This document shows positions 25,753-34,421 of a stretch of DNA of 48,312 bases, one piece after another. The DNA is from Omnitrophica bacterium GWA2_41_15 (lineage in GTDB: Bacteria > Omnitrophota > Gorgyraeia > Gorgyraeales > Gorgyraeaceae): the NCBI GenBank assembly GCA_919902485.1, contig CAKKRB010000023.1, positions 1-48,312 of the forward strand, read 5' to 3'. The translations under genes were made by a program, and so were the position numbers. Every line of letters begins with the position of its first letter. The first letter of the stretch is position 1. Below the pieces are notes generated by a model. It had not been told where the DNA came from and made no database searches. It was given only the letters and a program-made list of their open reading frames with translations.

Positions 25753-27303
25753 ATGAAACATCGAGAAACATGGAAATCAAGGATGGGGATTATAATGGCT
25801 GTTGCAGGGAGCGCCATAGGGCTTGGAAACTTTCTCCGCTTCCCTGTGCAGGCAGCTCAGAATGGCGGCGGCGCATTTATGATCCCATATTTTATCTCTC
25901 TTCTCCTCTTAGGTATACCCTTAATGTGGGTGGAATGGACCATTGGACGTTTTGGCGGAGGTTTCGGCCACGGAACAGCCCCAGGCATATTCCACAACAT
26001 GTGGACCAAGAATAAGTTCATAAAATATTTCGGCATAATAGGCATATTCGGGCCCCTGGTAATATTTATATACTATACCTATATAGAATCCTGGACACTT
26101 GCATACGCATTCTTCTCAGCAGTAGAAAAATACAGCCAGGCAACAACACAGGACAGCATGATCTCCTTCCTGAAAGGATTCCAGGGCATTGAAAAAAATA
26201 ATTTCTTTTCCAGCATTCAATGCGCTTACATTTTTTTCCTTATCACGTTCTGCCTTAATATGTTTGTCATATATAAAGGTATATCAGGCGGCATAGAAAA
26301 ATTATGCAATATTGCGCTCCCTGCCCTTTTTATATTCGGGATCATAATAGCTGTAAGGGTATTAACATTCGGTTCTCCTGATCCTTTAAGGCATGATTGG
26401 AACATTGTAAACGGCCTTGGATTTTTATGGAATCCTGATTTCAGCGCTTTAAAAAGCGCTAAAGTATGGCTCGCTGCAGCAGGCCAGATATTTTTTACAT
26501 TAAGCGTTGGCATAGGCGTGATATTAACATACGCGAGCTATCTTAAAAAAACAGACGACGTAGTGCTTTCAGGCCTCACCTCTGTGAGCGCTAATGAATT
26601 CGCAGAGGTCATACTCGGATCTTCCATCATCATACCTGCGGCATTTGCTTTTTTCGGCCCAAGCGAAATACAAACAATCGCAAAAAGCGGGGCATTTAAT
26701 CTCGGCTTTGTCACAATGCCTCTTATATTTGAAAAAATATCGCTAGGCGCAATATTCGGATGCATGTGGTTTCTGCTACTTTTTCTCGCGGGCATAACCT
26801 CTTCCATATCCCTGGCCCAGCCTGCCATAACATTTCTAGAAGATGAATTTAATATCTCAAAGAAAAAGGCTGTTGTTATTTTCGGCATTGTGTCTTTCAT
26901 CTTGTGCCAGCCCGCTATATTCTTTTTGAAAAATGGCGTTGTAAATGAGCTGGATTTCTGGGGAGGCACTTTCTGCTTAGTGTTATTCGCAACTATCGAG
27001 ACCATACTTTTCGGCTGGATATTCGGGATTGAAAAGGCCTGGGAGGAAATACATCACGGCGCAGAAATGCAAGTGCCTAAGATATACAAATTTATAATAA
27101 AATATATAACGCCTGTATTTTTACTCTTAATACTGGGATTTTGGTTCTATCAGGAAGGCATGCCTGTAATATTGATGAAAAGCGCTGCCCAGAGCGATAA
27201 ACCTTATATATTAGGCGCAAGGCTTATGCTTCTGGGAATATTTATTATCCTGGCAATACTTGTAAAGATTGCCTGGCGAAAAAGAAAGGTTACTAAGAAA
27301 TGA
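25753..27303 (+). CDS. sodium-dependent transporter, NSS (SNF) family
   Basis: ..AGSAIGLGNFLRFPVQAAQNGGGAFMIPYFISLLLLGIPLMWVEWTIGR.. is the LeuT-type signature. ~12 TM helices. Confidence 0.9.
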   Translation: MKHRETWKSRMGIIMAVAGSAIGLGNFLRFPVQAAQNGGGAFMIPYFISLLLLGIPLMWVEWTIGRFGGGFGHGTAPGIFHNMWTKNKFIKYFGIIGIFGPLVIFIYYTYIESWTLAYAFFSAVEKYSQATTQDSMISFLKGFQGIEKNNFFSSIQCAYIFFLITFCLNMFVIYKGISGGIEKLCNIALPALFIFGIIIAVRVLTFGSPDPLRHDWNIVNGLGFLWNPDFSALKSAKVWLAAAGQIFFTLSVGIGVILTYASYLKKTDDVVLSGLTSVSANEFAEVILGSSIIIPAAFAFFGPSEIQTIAKSGAFNLGFVTMPLIFEKISLGAIFGCMWFLLLFLAGITSSISLAQPAITFLEDEFNISKKKAVVIFGIVSFILCQPAIFFLKNGVVNELDFWGGTFCLVLFATIETILFGWIFGIEKAWEEIHHGAEMQVPKIYKFIIKYITPVFLLLILGFWFYQEGMPVILMKSAAQSDKPYILGARLMLLGIFIILAILVKIAWRKRKVTKK

Positions 27304-27398
27304 ATACCTTCGGCTGGTTATTTCTGATTATATCCTGGGGAATTATTACAGCGCTTACCATATTCTGCTTCGCGAGAGTCTTATCTAAAAAGAATTAA
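27300..27398 (+). CDS. NSS-transporter small subunit (MetS-like), 32 aa, single TM
   Basis: Not in the track (<60 aa). Its ATG overlaps the transporter's TGA (ATGA). Sequence: MNTFGWLFLIISWGIITALTIFCFARVLSKKN. Confidence 0.55.
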   Translation: MNTFGWLFLIISWGIITALTIFCFARVLSKKN

Positions 27399-27412
27399 CT
27401 AACCACCCCGGT

Positions 27413-27598
27413 TTACTCTATAATAATAGCTTCAACAGGGCATTCGTCCTTGGACTGTTTTGTGCAATCTTCGCTTGCCGGCGGAACCACTTTCACCTTC
27501 GTAACAGCCTTATCGTCTTTCATTTCAAAGATATCAGCGCAGGTATTAACACACAACCCGCAGCCAACGCATAAATCCTGATCAATACTTACCTTCAT
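27413..27598 (-). CDS. small monocluster ferredoxin
   Basis: MKVSIDQDLCVGCGLCVNTC...CPVEAI. GGAGGA SD lies 4 nt before ATG 27598; the track ORF starts at an upstream TTG. Confidence 0.85.
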   Translation of the reverse strand: MKVSIDQDLCVGCGLCVNTCADIFEMKDDKAVTKVKVVPPASEDCTKQSKDECPVEAIIIE

Positions 27599-27706
27599 AT
27601 CATCCTCCAAATTTGTGAAACAAATTTGATCCTGAGCAAGCCTAATAATGCGATGAATAAGAGCATTATAGGCGAAGCGAAGGACCTATTGCCTAAATTT
27701 TCATCT

Positions 27707-27735
27707 ATAATATATTCAAGCCTATTTATTGTCAA
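27707..27735 (-). promoter_or_regulatory. sigma70-type promoter candidate for the ferredoxin gene (long leader)
   Basis: Minus strand: TTGACA (27735..27730), 17-nt spacer, TATTAT (27712..27707). The resulting leader is ~100 nt. Confidence 0.55.
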
Positions 27736-27767
27736 CCAATTTCTTGGGTCTTAAATATCTGAAATTG

Positions 27768-27799
27768 ATACTGAGCCCAGATTTATCGGGGCGAATGTA
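27768..27799. repeat. 32-nt repeat, copy 2 (inverted relative to 1455..1486)
   Basis: The reverse complement, TACATTCGCCCCGATAAATCTGGGCTCAGTAT, has one mismatch to copy 1. It lies 5 nt downstream of the ATPase stop. Confidence 0.85.
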
Positions 27800-27804
27800 T
27801 ACAA

Positions 27805-28929
27805 TTATTCCGATGCGAATTTCGCGATAAATTCTCCGAACATCAGATCCTGGATAAAAAAACTCCCGTTTTCCATCCTTTTTACAAGCCCTTTTTCTTC
27901 CAGTCTGTAGAGAAAATTCTTTATGTTGGCTATAGGAAATTTTTTTGCCCTTTTTCCCACTATCATCATTGTTGTAAAATCCTTTATTGTAAGCGGTCTT
28001 TTCTCTTCTGCCAATATGCTTAATAAATCCTTTTCCCTGTCGCTTGCCTTTGACAAAAGAAAATCAAAATAATCCCTGCCGAGTTCTTTAAGCGTGTTAT
28101 TTGATGCGCTGTCCCAGGCCCCTGCATTAACAACACCCTCTATCTGGCTGTCGTATAAATGGCTTGCCAGAAGCTGCACCTCATAGGGATGGCCCCCCGT
28201 ATATTCAAATATATTCTTCTTTATGCTTTCTTCAAATTCAACGCCTGTGCCTTTAAGCGTCATATCTATAGTAGCCGTAACCTCTGCAGGTTTAAGATTA
28301 TCCGCATTCAATCTTTTCTTGAAAAACCTGCCTACGGGGTCATGTTTATCAATAAAAGACGCCCAGCCAGCCGGGGTAGAAGAAAGCACAAAAAGAAATC
28401 TGGCGTTTTTAATAACATCCTCTGCGCTTAAAACAGCTCTCAGTATATCTATTGTATTTGAAATCTCTATGAGATTCTGAGTATCGTCCAGAAGCACAAC
28501 TGCCAGTTGCGTATCCAGGGATCTCCAGAGTTCCAGTAAAAACTTTGTAAACTGCATCTGAGGGTTTGATAAAGATTTCCTTTTGGAAAAAAGCTCCAGC
28601 AAATCTTTCTGGACTTTTTCTGTTTTTGGAAAACCCATCAACATTTCTTCTGCAATCAAATGTATTGCATCAAGCGCCTTGTTTTTTTCTGTAAACTTTG
28701 AAATCCCGCAAAAAGCTGCAGGAAAACCTTTTTCCTGGCTTATACGCCTGAATTGTTTCAGAAGAGAGGTCTTGCCAGCGCCCCATTCACCCAGAACTAC
28801 AAGGTGGCTGAGCTTTTCATTTGCAGCATCGCTCAGACTTGATTCAAATACGCCCAATTCCTGGTTTCTCCCGCCGAATATCTTCGGCTCCCATCCTGAC
28901 TGAGGGGTAAACGGATTTGGAGATATCAT
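27805..28929 (-). CDS. AAA ATPase of the 'archaeal ATPase'/ORC-like type with C-terminal winged helix
   Basis: ..FGGRNQELGVFESSL.., Walker A GEWGAGKTSL, Walker B VVLLDD, and a C-terminal ..FLYRLEEKGLVKR.. wHTH-like segment. Confidence 0.6.
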   Translation of the reverse strand: MISPNPFTPQSGWEPKIFGGRNQELGVFESSLSDAANEKLSHLVVLGEWGAGKTSLLKQFRRISQEKGFPAAFCGISKFTEKNKALDAIHLIAEEMLMGFPKTEKVQKDLLELFSKRKSLSNPQMQFTKFLLELWRSLDTQLAVVLLDDTQNLIEISNTIDILRAVLSAEDVIKNARFLFVLSSTPAGWASFIDKHDPVGRFFKKRLNADNLKPAEVTATIDMTLKGTGVEFEESIKKNIFEYTGGHPYEVQLLASHLYDSQIEGVVNAGAWDSASNNTLKELGRDYFDFLLSKASDREKDLLSILAEEKRPLTIKDFTTMMIVGKRAKKFPIANIKNFLYRLEEKGLVKRMENGSFFIQDLMFGEFIAKFASE

Positions 28930-28953
28930 ATAGACTCACCTCTAAACATTACG

Positions 28954-28996
28954 CGTTAATTCACAAAACGAGTATGACTCGTTTTGTGAATTAACG
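28954..28996. repeat. TTCACAAAACGAGT-type palindrome, copy C (intercistronic nth/ATPase)
   Basis: CGTTAATTCACAAAACGAGT-atg-ACTCGTTTTGTGAATTAACG has perfect 20-bp arms. It contains the nth stop codon (28991..28993) and lies 24 nt before the ATPase ATG. Confidence 0.95.
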
Positions 28997-29620
28997 GAAT
29001 TTGAAAGCGCTCGGGCATAATTTGCTTATCTTGCACTCTTTGCAAAGCGGTTTTCTCGCATTGCAGATCTTTCTCCCATGCAAAATCAAAAGATGAGAAA
29101 CTATGCCCCAACTCCTTTTTGGGACTATTTTCATCAAATCTTCTTCTATCTTCACAGCATCTGTATTTTTTGTAAAACCTAAACGCTGCGACAGCCTGAT
29201 GACATGCGTATCAACCACGATACCGACTACTATTCCAAAACCGGAAGAAAGAATAACATTTGCTGTTTTTCTTCCTATGCCTGGAAGGCCAGTCAGCCCC
29301 TCCATAGTATCAGGTACCTTGCCGTTAAATTCGCTTAATATCTTCTTAGCTGCCCCTATGATACTCTTTGCTTTGTTCTTATAAAAACCTGTAGAATGGA
29401 TATCTTTCTCAAATTCTTCGAGATCAGCCTTTGCAAAACCGGGGGTATCTTTATACTTTTTAAATAAACCGGGCGTTACCAGATTTACCCTGACATCAGT
29501 GCATTGCGCTGAAAGAATAGTGGCAACTAAAAGCTGCCAGGTATTTTTAAATTTAAGGGCTGTCTTTGCGTCCGGGTATTCTTTTTTTAAAATTTTTATT
29601 ATCTTTCCGATATTTTTCAT
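28991..29620 (-). CDS. nth: endonuclease III
   Basis: HhH-GPD motif (LTGLPGIGRKTANVIL) and a C-terminal C-x6-C-x2-C-x5-C cluster (CNARKPLCKECKISKLC). Confidence 0.9.
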   Translation of the reverse strand: MKNIGKIIKILKKEYPDAKTALKFKNTWQLLVATILSAQCTDVRVNLVTPGLFKKYKDTPGFAKADLEEFEKDIHSTGFYKNKAKSIIGAAKKILSEFNGKVPDTMEGLTGLPGIGRKTANVILSSGFGIVVGIVVDTHVIRLSQRLGFTKNTDAVKIEEDLMKIVPKRSWGIVSHLLILHGRKICNARKPLCKECKISKLCPSAFKFR

Positions 29621-29976
29621 TTACCTATTAACATATATATAGAAATAAATAAAAGCATAGCAGCGAATATTTTTTTAAGCACAGGGCTTGGAACTGTTTG
29701 AGCGAAAGTTGCGCCTATAAAACCTCCTATAATAAACCCGCAAGCTATAAATAAGGCTATCTTTATATTCACATCACCTGACTTATAATATTTTATGACA
29801 GCTAAGATTCCTACCGGCAAAAGAAGCGCTGCGAGAGCTGTGCCCTGGGCTAAATGCTGAGAAAATTTAAAAATATAGACAAGAGCGGGGATTAATATTA
29901 TAGCCCCTCCTATCCCAAAAAACCCTGAGGATACACCTGACACAAGCCCTATTAATACGCTTAAAATATTGTCCAT
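29617..29976 (-). CDS. half-size TauE/SafE-family membrane protein
   Basis: 119 aa, 4 TM helices, ..GVSSGFFGIGGAIILIPAL.. motif. It overlaps the nth start by 4 nt. Confidence 0.65.
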   Translation of the reverse strand: MDNILSVLIGLVSGVSSGFFGIGGAIILIPALVYIFKFSQHLAQGTALAALLLPVGILAVIKYYKSGDVNIKIALFIACGFIIGGFIGATFAQTVPSPVLKKIFAAMLLFISIYMLIGK

Positions 29977-30012
29977 GTTTACTTTATTTATTGTATATGG
30001 TAGATTATACCT

Positions 30013-31461
30013 ATGATTATAAAGAGAGACCCTGACATTATCAAGAGTTATTTTGAAGACTATTCAGGCCTTCTGGGCGGCTACGCTGACAAAGTAATAT
30101 TGCCTGAAAACGAGAAAGAAATAAAGGATATCCTGCTTGAAGCCTGCTCTAAAAAAATACCCGTGACAATTTCAGGCGGAGGAACAGGCGTTACAGGCGC
30201 CAGAATACCTTTTGGCGGATGGGTGCTTTCCACGGAAAACCTGGATAAAATCATAGAAATAGATAAAAAATCCTTATCCGCAACCCTCCAGCCAGGCGTC
30301 CGGCTGTCAGGCCTTGAAAATCAATTATCTCCAATCGGCCTGACCTACCCTCCTGACCCGACAGAGCCAAACGCATTCCTGGGCGGCACCATATCCACAA
30401 ACGCCTCAGGAGCAAAAGGTTTTAAATACGGCCCTACCCGCAATTATATAAAAAAATTAAGGGTCATGCTTTCCACAGGAGATATCATTGATATAAAACG
30501 CGGGGAATATTTTATAAATAAAGGCAAGGCATTCCAATTAAAGCTCAAAGATAAAGAAATAAAAATCAATATGCCGGATTATTCAATGCCTGGGATAAAA
30601 ACAGCCGCAGGATATTATATTAAAGATAACATGGACCTTCTGGACCTGTTCATAGGCCAGGAAGGCACTCTTGGCATTATACTTGAAGCTGATATAACGC
30701 TGGGCATAAGGCCTGAAGAAATGATGAGTTTTTTCAGTTTTTTCCCATCGCAGGATAATGCCATTGATTTCGTAAGAGACGCTAAATCCGGACAGGCAAT
30801 GTCCCTGGAATACATGGACTTGAATTCCCTGGACCTTTTGCGCACAAAATACACAAATATACCAGAATCTGCCAGAGGCCTGGTTTATTTTGAACAGGAT
30901 TATAAGAAAGAGTCTGAATCAAAGACAATAGATTTCTGGACGCGCCTGCTTGAAAAGCATAATGCATTAATAGAGGTTTCTTACTTTGCAGACTCTGACA
31001 AAGAAAGAATAAAACTGAAAGAATTAAGGCACGCCCTGCCTGACATGGTAAATGAGATTGTAAGGAAAAATAAAATGCCGAAGGTCGGAACAGACATAGC
31101 TGTACCTGATAATAGGTTCAAAGAGATGTTCGGATTCTACAAAGAAAAACTTACGTCTTCAGATATCAACTACGTGATATTCGGCCACATAGGCGAAAAC
31201 CATATGCATGTCAACATGCTGCCAGAGACAGAAGAAGAATTCAAAAAAAGCCGCCTCATATATATGGATTTTGTAAAAAAGGCTGTAAGCCTTGGCGGCA
31301 CTGTATCAGCAGAACACGGCATAGGAAAATTAAAGCATGCTTTTCTGGAAATCATGTACGGAAAAGACAATCTGAAACAAATGGCAGTTCTTAAAAAATC
31401 CCTGGACCCGTATTGCATACTGGGTCTTGATAACATATTCCCAAAAGAGCTTCTAAAATGA
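30013..31461 (+). CDS. FAD-linked oxidase (GlcD / D-lactate dehydrogenase family)
   Basis: FAD_binding_4 pattern (..PVTISGGGTGVTGARIP..) and a C-terminal ..GGTVSAEHGIGKLK.. motif. Confidence 0.8.
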   Translation: MIIKRDPDIIKSYFEDYSGLLGGYADKVILPENEKEIKDILLEACSKKIPVTISGGGTGVTGARIPFGGWVLSTENLDKIIEIDKKSLSATLQPGVRLSGLENQLSPIGLTYPPDPTEPNAFLGGTISTNASGAKGFKYGPTRNYIKKLRVMLSTGDIIDIKRGEYFINKGKAFQLKLKDKEIKINMPDYSMPGIKTAAGYYIKDNMDLLDLFIGQEGTLGIILEADITLGIRPEEMMSFFSFFPSQDNAIDFVRDAKSGQAMSLEYMDLNSLDLLRTKYTNIPESARGLVYFEQDYKKESESKTIDFWTRLLEKHNALIEVSYFADSDKERIKLKELRHALPDMVNEIVRKNKMPKVGTDIAVPDNRFKEMFGFYKEKLTSSDINYVIFGHIGENHMHVNMLPETEEEFKKSRLIYMDFVKKAVSLGGTVSAEHGIGKLKHAFLEIMYGKDNLKQMAVLKKSLDPYCILGLDNIFPKELLK

Positions 31462-32552
31462 AAACTATCATAGCTGTTCCAGACTTTACGCGCGAGGCGC
31501 ATCTTAAAAAAGTACTGCCTCCTCTTATTCTAAAACTAAATAAACAGGGTTTTCAGAATAAGGATATAGAAATACTTATAGGAACCGGACTTCACAGAGA
31601 ACCTACAAGAAAAGAATTAAAAAGCAATCTTGGGAATATTATAAAAAGGGTTAAAGTATCCTCTCATAACTACAACAACGTTTTCTATCTGGGCAGGTCG
31701 AAAACCCGCATACCGATATATCTTGATAAAAAATTAAAACAAGCTGATTCTATAATAACCATAGGCGTTGTAGAGCCGCATCTTTATGCCGGATACAGCG
31801 GCGGCGTAAAAGTCCTCTCCATAGGCCTGGCAGGAGAAAAAACAATCAATGCCACGCACCATCCAAGATTCCTGGACCATCCAGGCACAAGGATATGCTC
31901 CATAAAAAATAACCCATTTCAGGATTTCATACAGGAAACCGCGTCCTTATTGCCGATAAAACATTCTATAAACATAATAAACAGCAGAAATGGAAAGATT
32001 CTTAAAATATTTGAAGGCCTGCCAAGGGAATGCTTCAAGAATGCTATTCAATATGCATATAAAATATTTGAGAAAAATATACCTGAATTCATAGACGCGG
32101 TTATATGCGATATCCCTAAAGAAAAAGGCGTAAATATATACCAGGCTTCCCGCATATTTAATTATGTCGCGGATACCAGAAGCCCTGTAATAAAAAAAGA
32201 TTCTTTTATACTTGTGAAGGCAGATCTGGAAGAAGGCTTTGGTAAAGGTCTCGGAGAAAAGCGTTTCATGAAAAAAATACTGGAAATGAAAAACCCTGAA
32301 AAACTCATTTCCAGCATTAAAAAATGCGGCTGCCTTGCAGGAGAGCACCGCGCTTACATGGCGGCAAAGGCTCTTAAAAAAGCCAGGTTAGGCTTTATAT
32401 CCAAAAAGGCTTATATGTATAAAAATAAAGGCCTTCCGTTTTTATTCTTTGAAGGCCTCAACGAAGCTAAAAAATATATAAGAAAAAACTTCAAAAATCC
32501 AAAAATATATTACCTCAAAAACGCGTTTACAACTATTTTAACCAAAATTTAA
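31458..32552 (+). CDS. LarA-like (nickel-pincer-dependent 2-hydroxyacid racemase/epimerase family) protein
   Basis: ..IGTGLHREPTRKEL.., ..VEPHLYAGYSGGVKVLSIGLAG.., ..KNNPFQDFIQE.. match LarA/DUF2088 signatures. Its ATG overlaps the upstream TGA (ATGA). Confidence 0.65.
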   Translation: MKTIIAVPDFTREAHLKKVLPPLILKLNKQGFQNKDIEILIGTGLHREPTRKELKSNLGNIIKRVKVSSHNYNNVFYLGRSKTRIPIYLDKKLKQADSIITIGVVEPHLYAGYSGGVKVLSIGLAGEKTINATHHPRFLDHPGTRICSIKNNPFQDFIQETASLLPIKHSINIINSRNGKILKIFEGLPRECFKNAIQYAYKIFEKNIPEFIDAVICDIPKEKGVNIYQASRIFNYVADTRSPVIKKDSFILVKADLEEGFGKGLGEKRFMKKILEMKNPEKLISSIKKCGCLAGEHRAYMAAKALKKARLGFISKKAYMYKNKGLPFLFFEGLNEAKKYIRKNFKNPKIYYLKNAFTTILTKI

Positions 32553-32555
32553 TAA

Positions 32556-32590
32556 ACCTACGCGGTCGGATTTAATCCGACCGCGTAGGT
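32556..32590. terminator. GC-rich perfect hairpin between convergent genes
   Basis: ACCTACGCGGTCGGATT-t-AATCCGACCGCGTAGGT has 17-bp arms. No clear T tract. It contains the CCTACG/CGTAGG core seen in other hairpins of this window. Confidence 0.5.
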
Positions 32591-32599
32591 TGAGATGGT

Positions 32600-33289
32600 C
32601 TAAAAATCCCTGCTTATTCCCAAGGAAACCTCCTCCCCATCAATAAAATCGCCCTCTATATTTAACCTTGTATCTTTCGCAAGCAAATAATCCATGCCCA
32701 CCACAGCTCCCCACATTTTTTCAGATTTAATACGTTTTCTATCGTGCTCATTCACCCACTTTATAAAATCCACTGTTCCATATCTAGTTCCGAGATATGG
32801 AACAAAATTACCCGCATTCTTTGATATCAATACAGACCCCTGCCAGTCATCTATTATCACCCTGTGCTTATCATTCCCGATGTCTGCTGTGGGAGGATGA
32901 ACGCTTATGTGCTGGAATCCAGCAACAGTTTTTATGCCGAATTTCTTATTTTCATATCCCTTTATCCTGAAACCATACCCGCCTGCAAAGCCTGTATTAT
33001 AATTAAGATTACCAGGGTTAGAATTATGCCAGGCCACGTCTCCTACTCCTATTTTTCCGTCAAAGCATATCCAGTTAAACACTCCAAGGGAACATGTCAA
33101 AAAATATCTGTTTCCGCTTGTCCCGCCCTGGTGACCCTTAAGGTTCCTGTCCAATAAAAAATCTCCTTGCAACCCCCATACCCACTGTCTCTCCTTCGGC
33201 ACATGAGTGCCATAACATGGTGCTGCATGCGCAACTCCAGCAGATATTGCAATTAAAGCTATGACCGGAAATAAAAATCTTTTAAGCAA
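32600..33289 (-). CDS. putative outer-membrane beta-barrel protein
   Basis: Signal peptide ..AGVAHA|AP, alternating aromatic/Gly-rich strands, C-terminal ..GISRDF. TTG start with AAGGAG SD 7 nt upstream. Confidence 0.45.
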   Translation of the reverse strand: MLKRFLFPVIALIAISAGVAHAAPCYGTHVPKERQWVWGLQGDFLLDRNLKGHQGGTSGNRYFLTCSLGVFNWICFDGKIGVGDVAWHNSNPGNLNYNTGFAGGYGFRIKGYENKKFGIKTVAGFQHISVHPPTADIGNDKHRVIIDDWQGSVLISKNAGNFVPYLGTRYGTVDFIKWVNEHDRKRIKSEKMWGAVVGMDYLLAKDTRLNIEGDFIDGEEVSLGISRDF

Positions 33290-33303
33290 GCCTTATCTCC
33301 TTT

Positions 33304-34107
33304 TTAAAATAATTTCCTTCCTTTTCCTGCCAGTTCTCTGAGATCAGGCCATAATTTCTTCCCTCTGAGCATTACCACTATCACATTATGCCTTTTATCA
33401 TACTGGATATATCCGACAAAACACTGCTTTGCCCTTATAGTATACCCTGTCTTCCCCAGTATTAAGTAAGACGTGTCTTTCCAAAGGCTCTTATTATGAT
33501 TTCTTAATTTTATATGCCTTCCGCTGCTTAACTCTGTTATTTCAGTTTCTTTTATCCGTAGAATATCCAGAAGCCTTTTATCCTTCACTGCCTCGCGCAT
33601 TATGAGCGCCAGGTCATATGCTGTAGAGTACTGGCCTTTTGCAGGCAAGCCATTTGAGGTTTTAAAAACAGTATTGCGGCAGCCTATTTTTTTCGCCATA
33701 TCATTCATCATCCTGACAAATTCTTTTTCGCTGCCCGCAACGCTCTCCGCAAGAGCAACGCTGGCATCATTCCCGGAATTCAACAACGCTGCTTTCAACA
33801 TATCCTCCGTAGAATAAACCTCTCCTTTTTTAATATCCACTTTGCTGGGGGGCATGCACGTTGCGCATCTTGACACATTTACATTTTTACTAAGCTCTGA
33901 TTTTTTTAAAACCACAAGCGCCATCATTATTTTTGTAGTAGAGGCGGGGGCAAGCTTAACGTAAGGATTTTTAGCGTAAAGGACTTTCTTGTTCCAGGTA
34001 TTCATGAGTACAGCGGAATAGGCGGTTATATTAATAGATTCTTTTGCAAAAAGATTTGCGCTTAAGAAAAATATGATAAATAGGAAGATAATGCTTTTTC
34101 GGAACAT
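33304..34107 (-). CDS. D-alanyl-D-alanine carboxypeptidase (S11, PBP5/6-like)
   Basis: SxxK (ASTTK), SGN (LNSGND) and KTG (GKTGYT) motifs, plus a signal peptide. Confidence 0.85.
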   Translation of the reverse strand: MFRKSIIFLFIIFFLSANLFAKESINITAYSAVLMNTWNKKVLYAKNPYVKLAPASTTKIMMALVVLKKSELSKNVNVSRCATCMPPSKVDIKKGEVYSTEDMLKAALLNSGNDASVALAESVAGSEKEFVRMMNDMAKKIGCRNTVFKTSNGLPAKGQYSTAYDLALIMREAVKDKRLLDILRIKETEITELSSGRHIKLRNHNKSLWKDTSYLILGKTGYTIRAKQCFVGYIQYDKRHNVIVVMLRGKKLWPDLRELAGKGRKLF

Positions 34108-34386
34108 TTAACCTTGATGCATCTTGCGGGTTTCTTCGGTAGCATCCTGGATGGCCCTCTTTGTGCGCTCTAGTTCAGTAGCAAGCCTGTTGGTTATAAC
34201 GAGGTGCTTATAGGAAAGCAAGCTGAATGCCACATTTAAGAGCGCAAGCAGGAATAAATATAAATTTACCTTGGTATTCATCATAAAGTATATAAAAAAG
34301 AATATGCCAAGCATAATTAATAACCTGTTTACCCTCATTACTACTGCTATGAACATCTCTTCACTTGTCATTCTTTCCATATACAT
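34108..34386 (-). CDS. small membrane protein
   Basis: 92 aa, two or three TM helices. It abuts the carboxypeptidase gene with no gap. Confidence 0.4.
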   Translation of the reverse strand: MYMERMTSEEMFIAVVMRVNRLLIMLGIFFFIYFMMNTKVNLYLFLLALLNVAFSLLSYKHLVITNRLATELERTKRAIQDATEETRKMHQG

Positions 34387-34421
34387 CCTCCGATTAAGAC
34401 ATATATATTATATATCAAAAA

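Noticed and set aside
27620-27680. Possible degenerate copy of the nadE CCTGAGC..GAAGGAC element in the ferredoxin leader.
   Set aside because: Only short shared strings (TCCTGAGC, CGAAGGAC) are present and the arms pair imperfectly. I cannot distinguish this from chance without a genome-wide model, so it is kept only as part of the leader-structure finding.
13711-28996. Are the TTCACAAAACGAGT palindromes integron attC sites?
   Set aside because: The ends read GTTA..TAAC, that is GTT at the 5' end and AAC at the 3' end on both strands. This is the reverse of the attC R''(RYYYAAC)...R'(GTTRRRY) order. The stems are perfect, without extrahelical bases, and no integron integrase is present.
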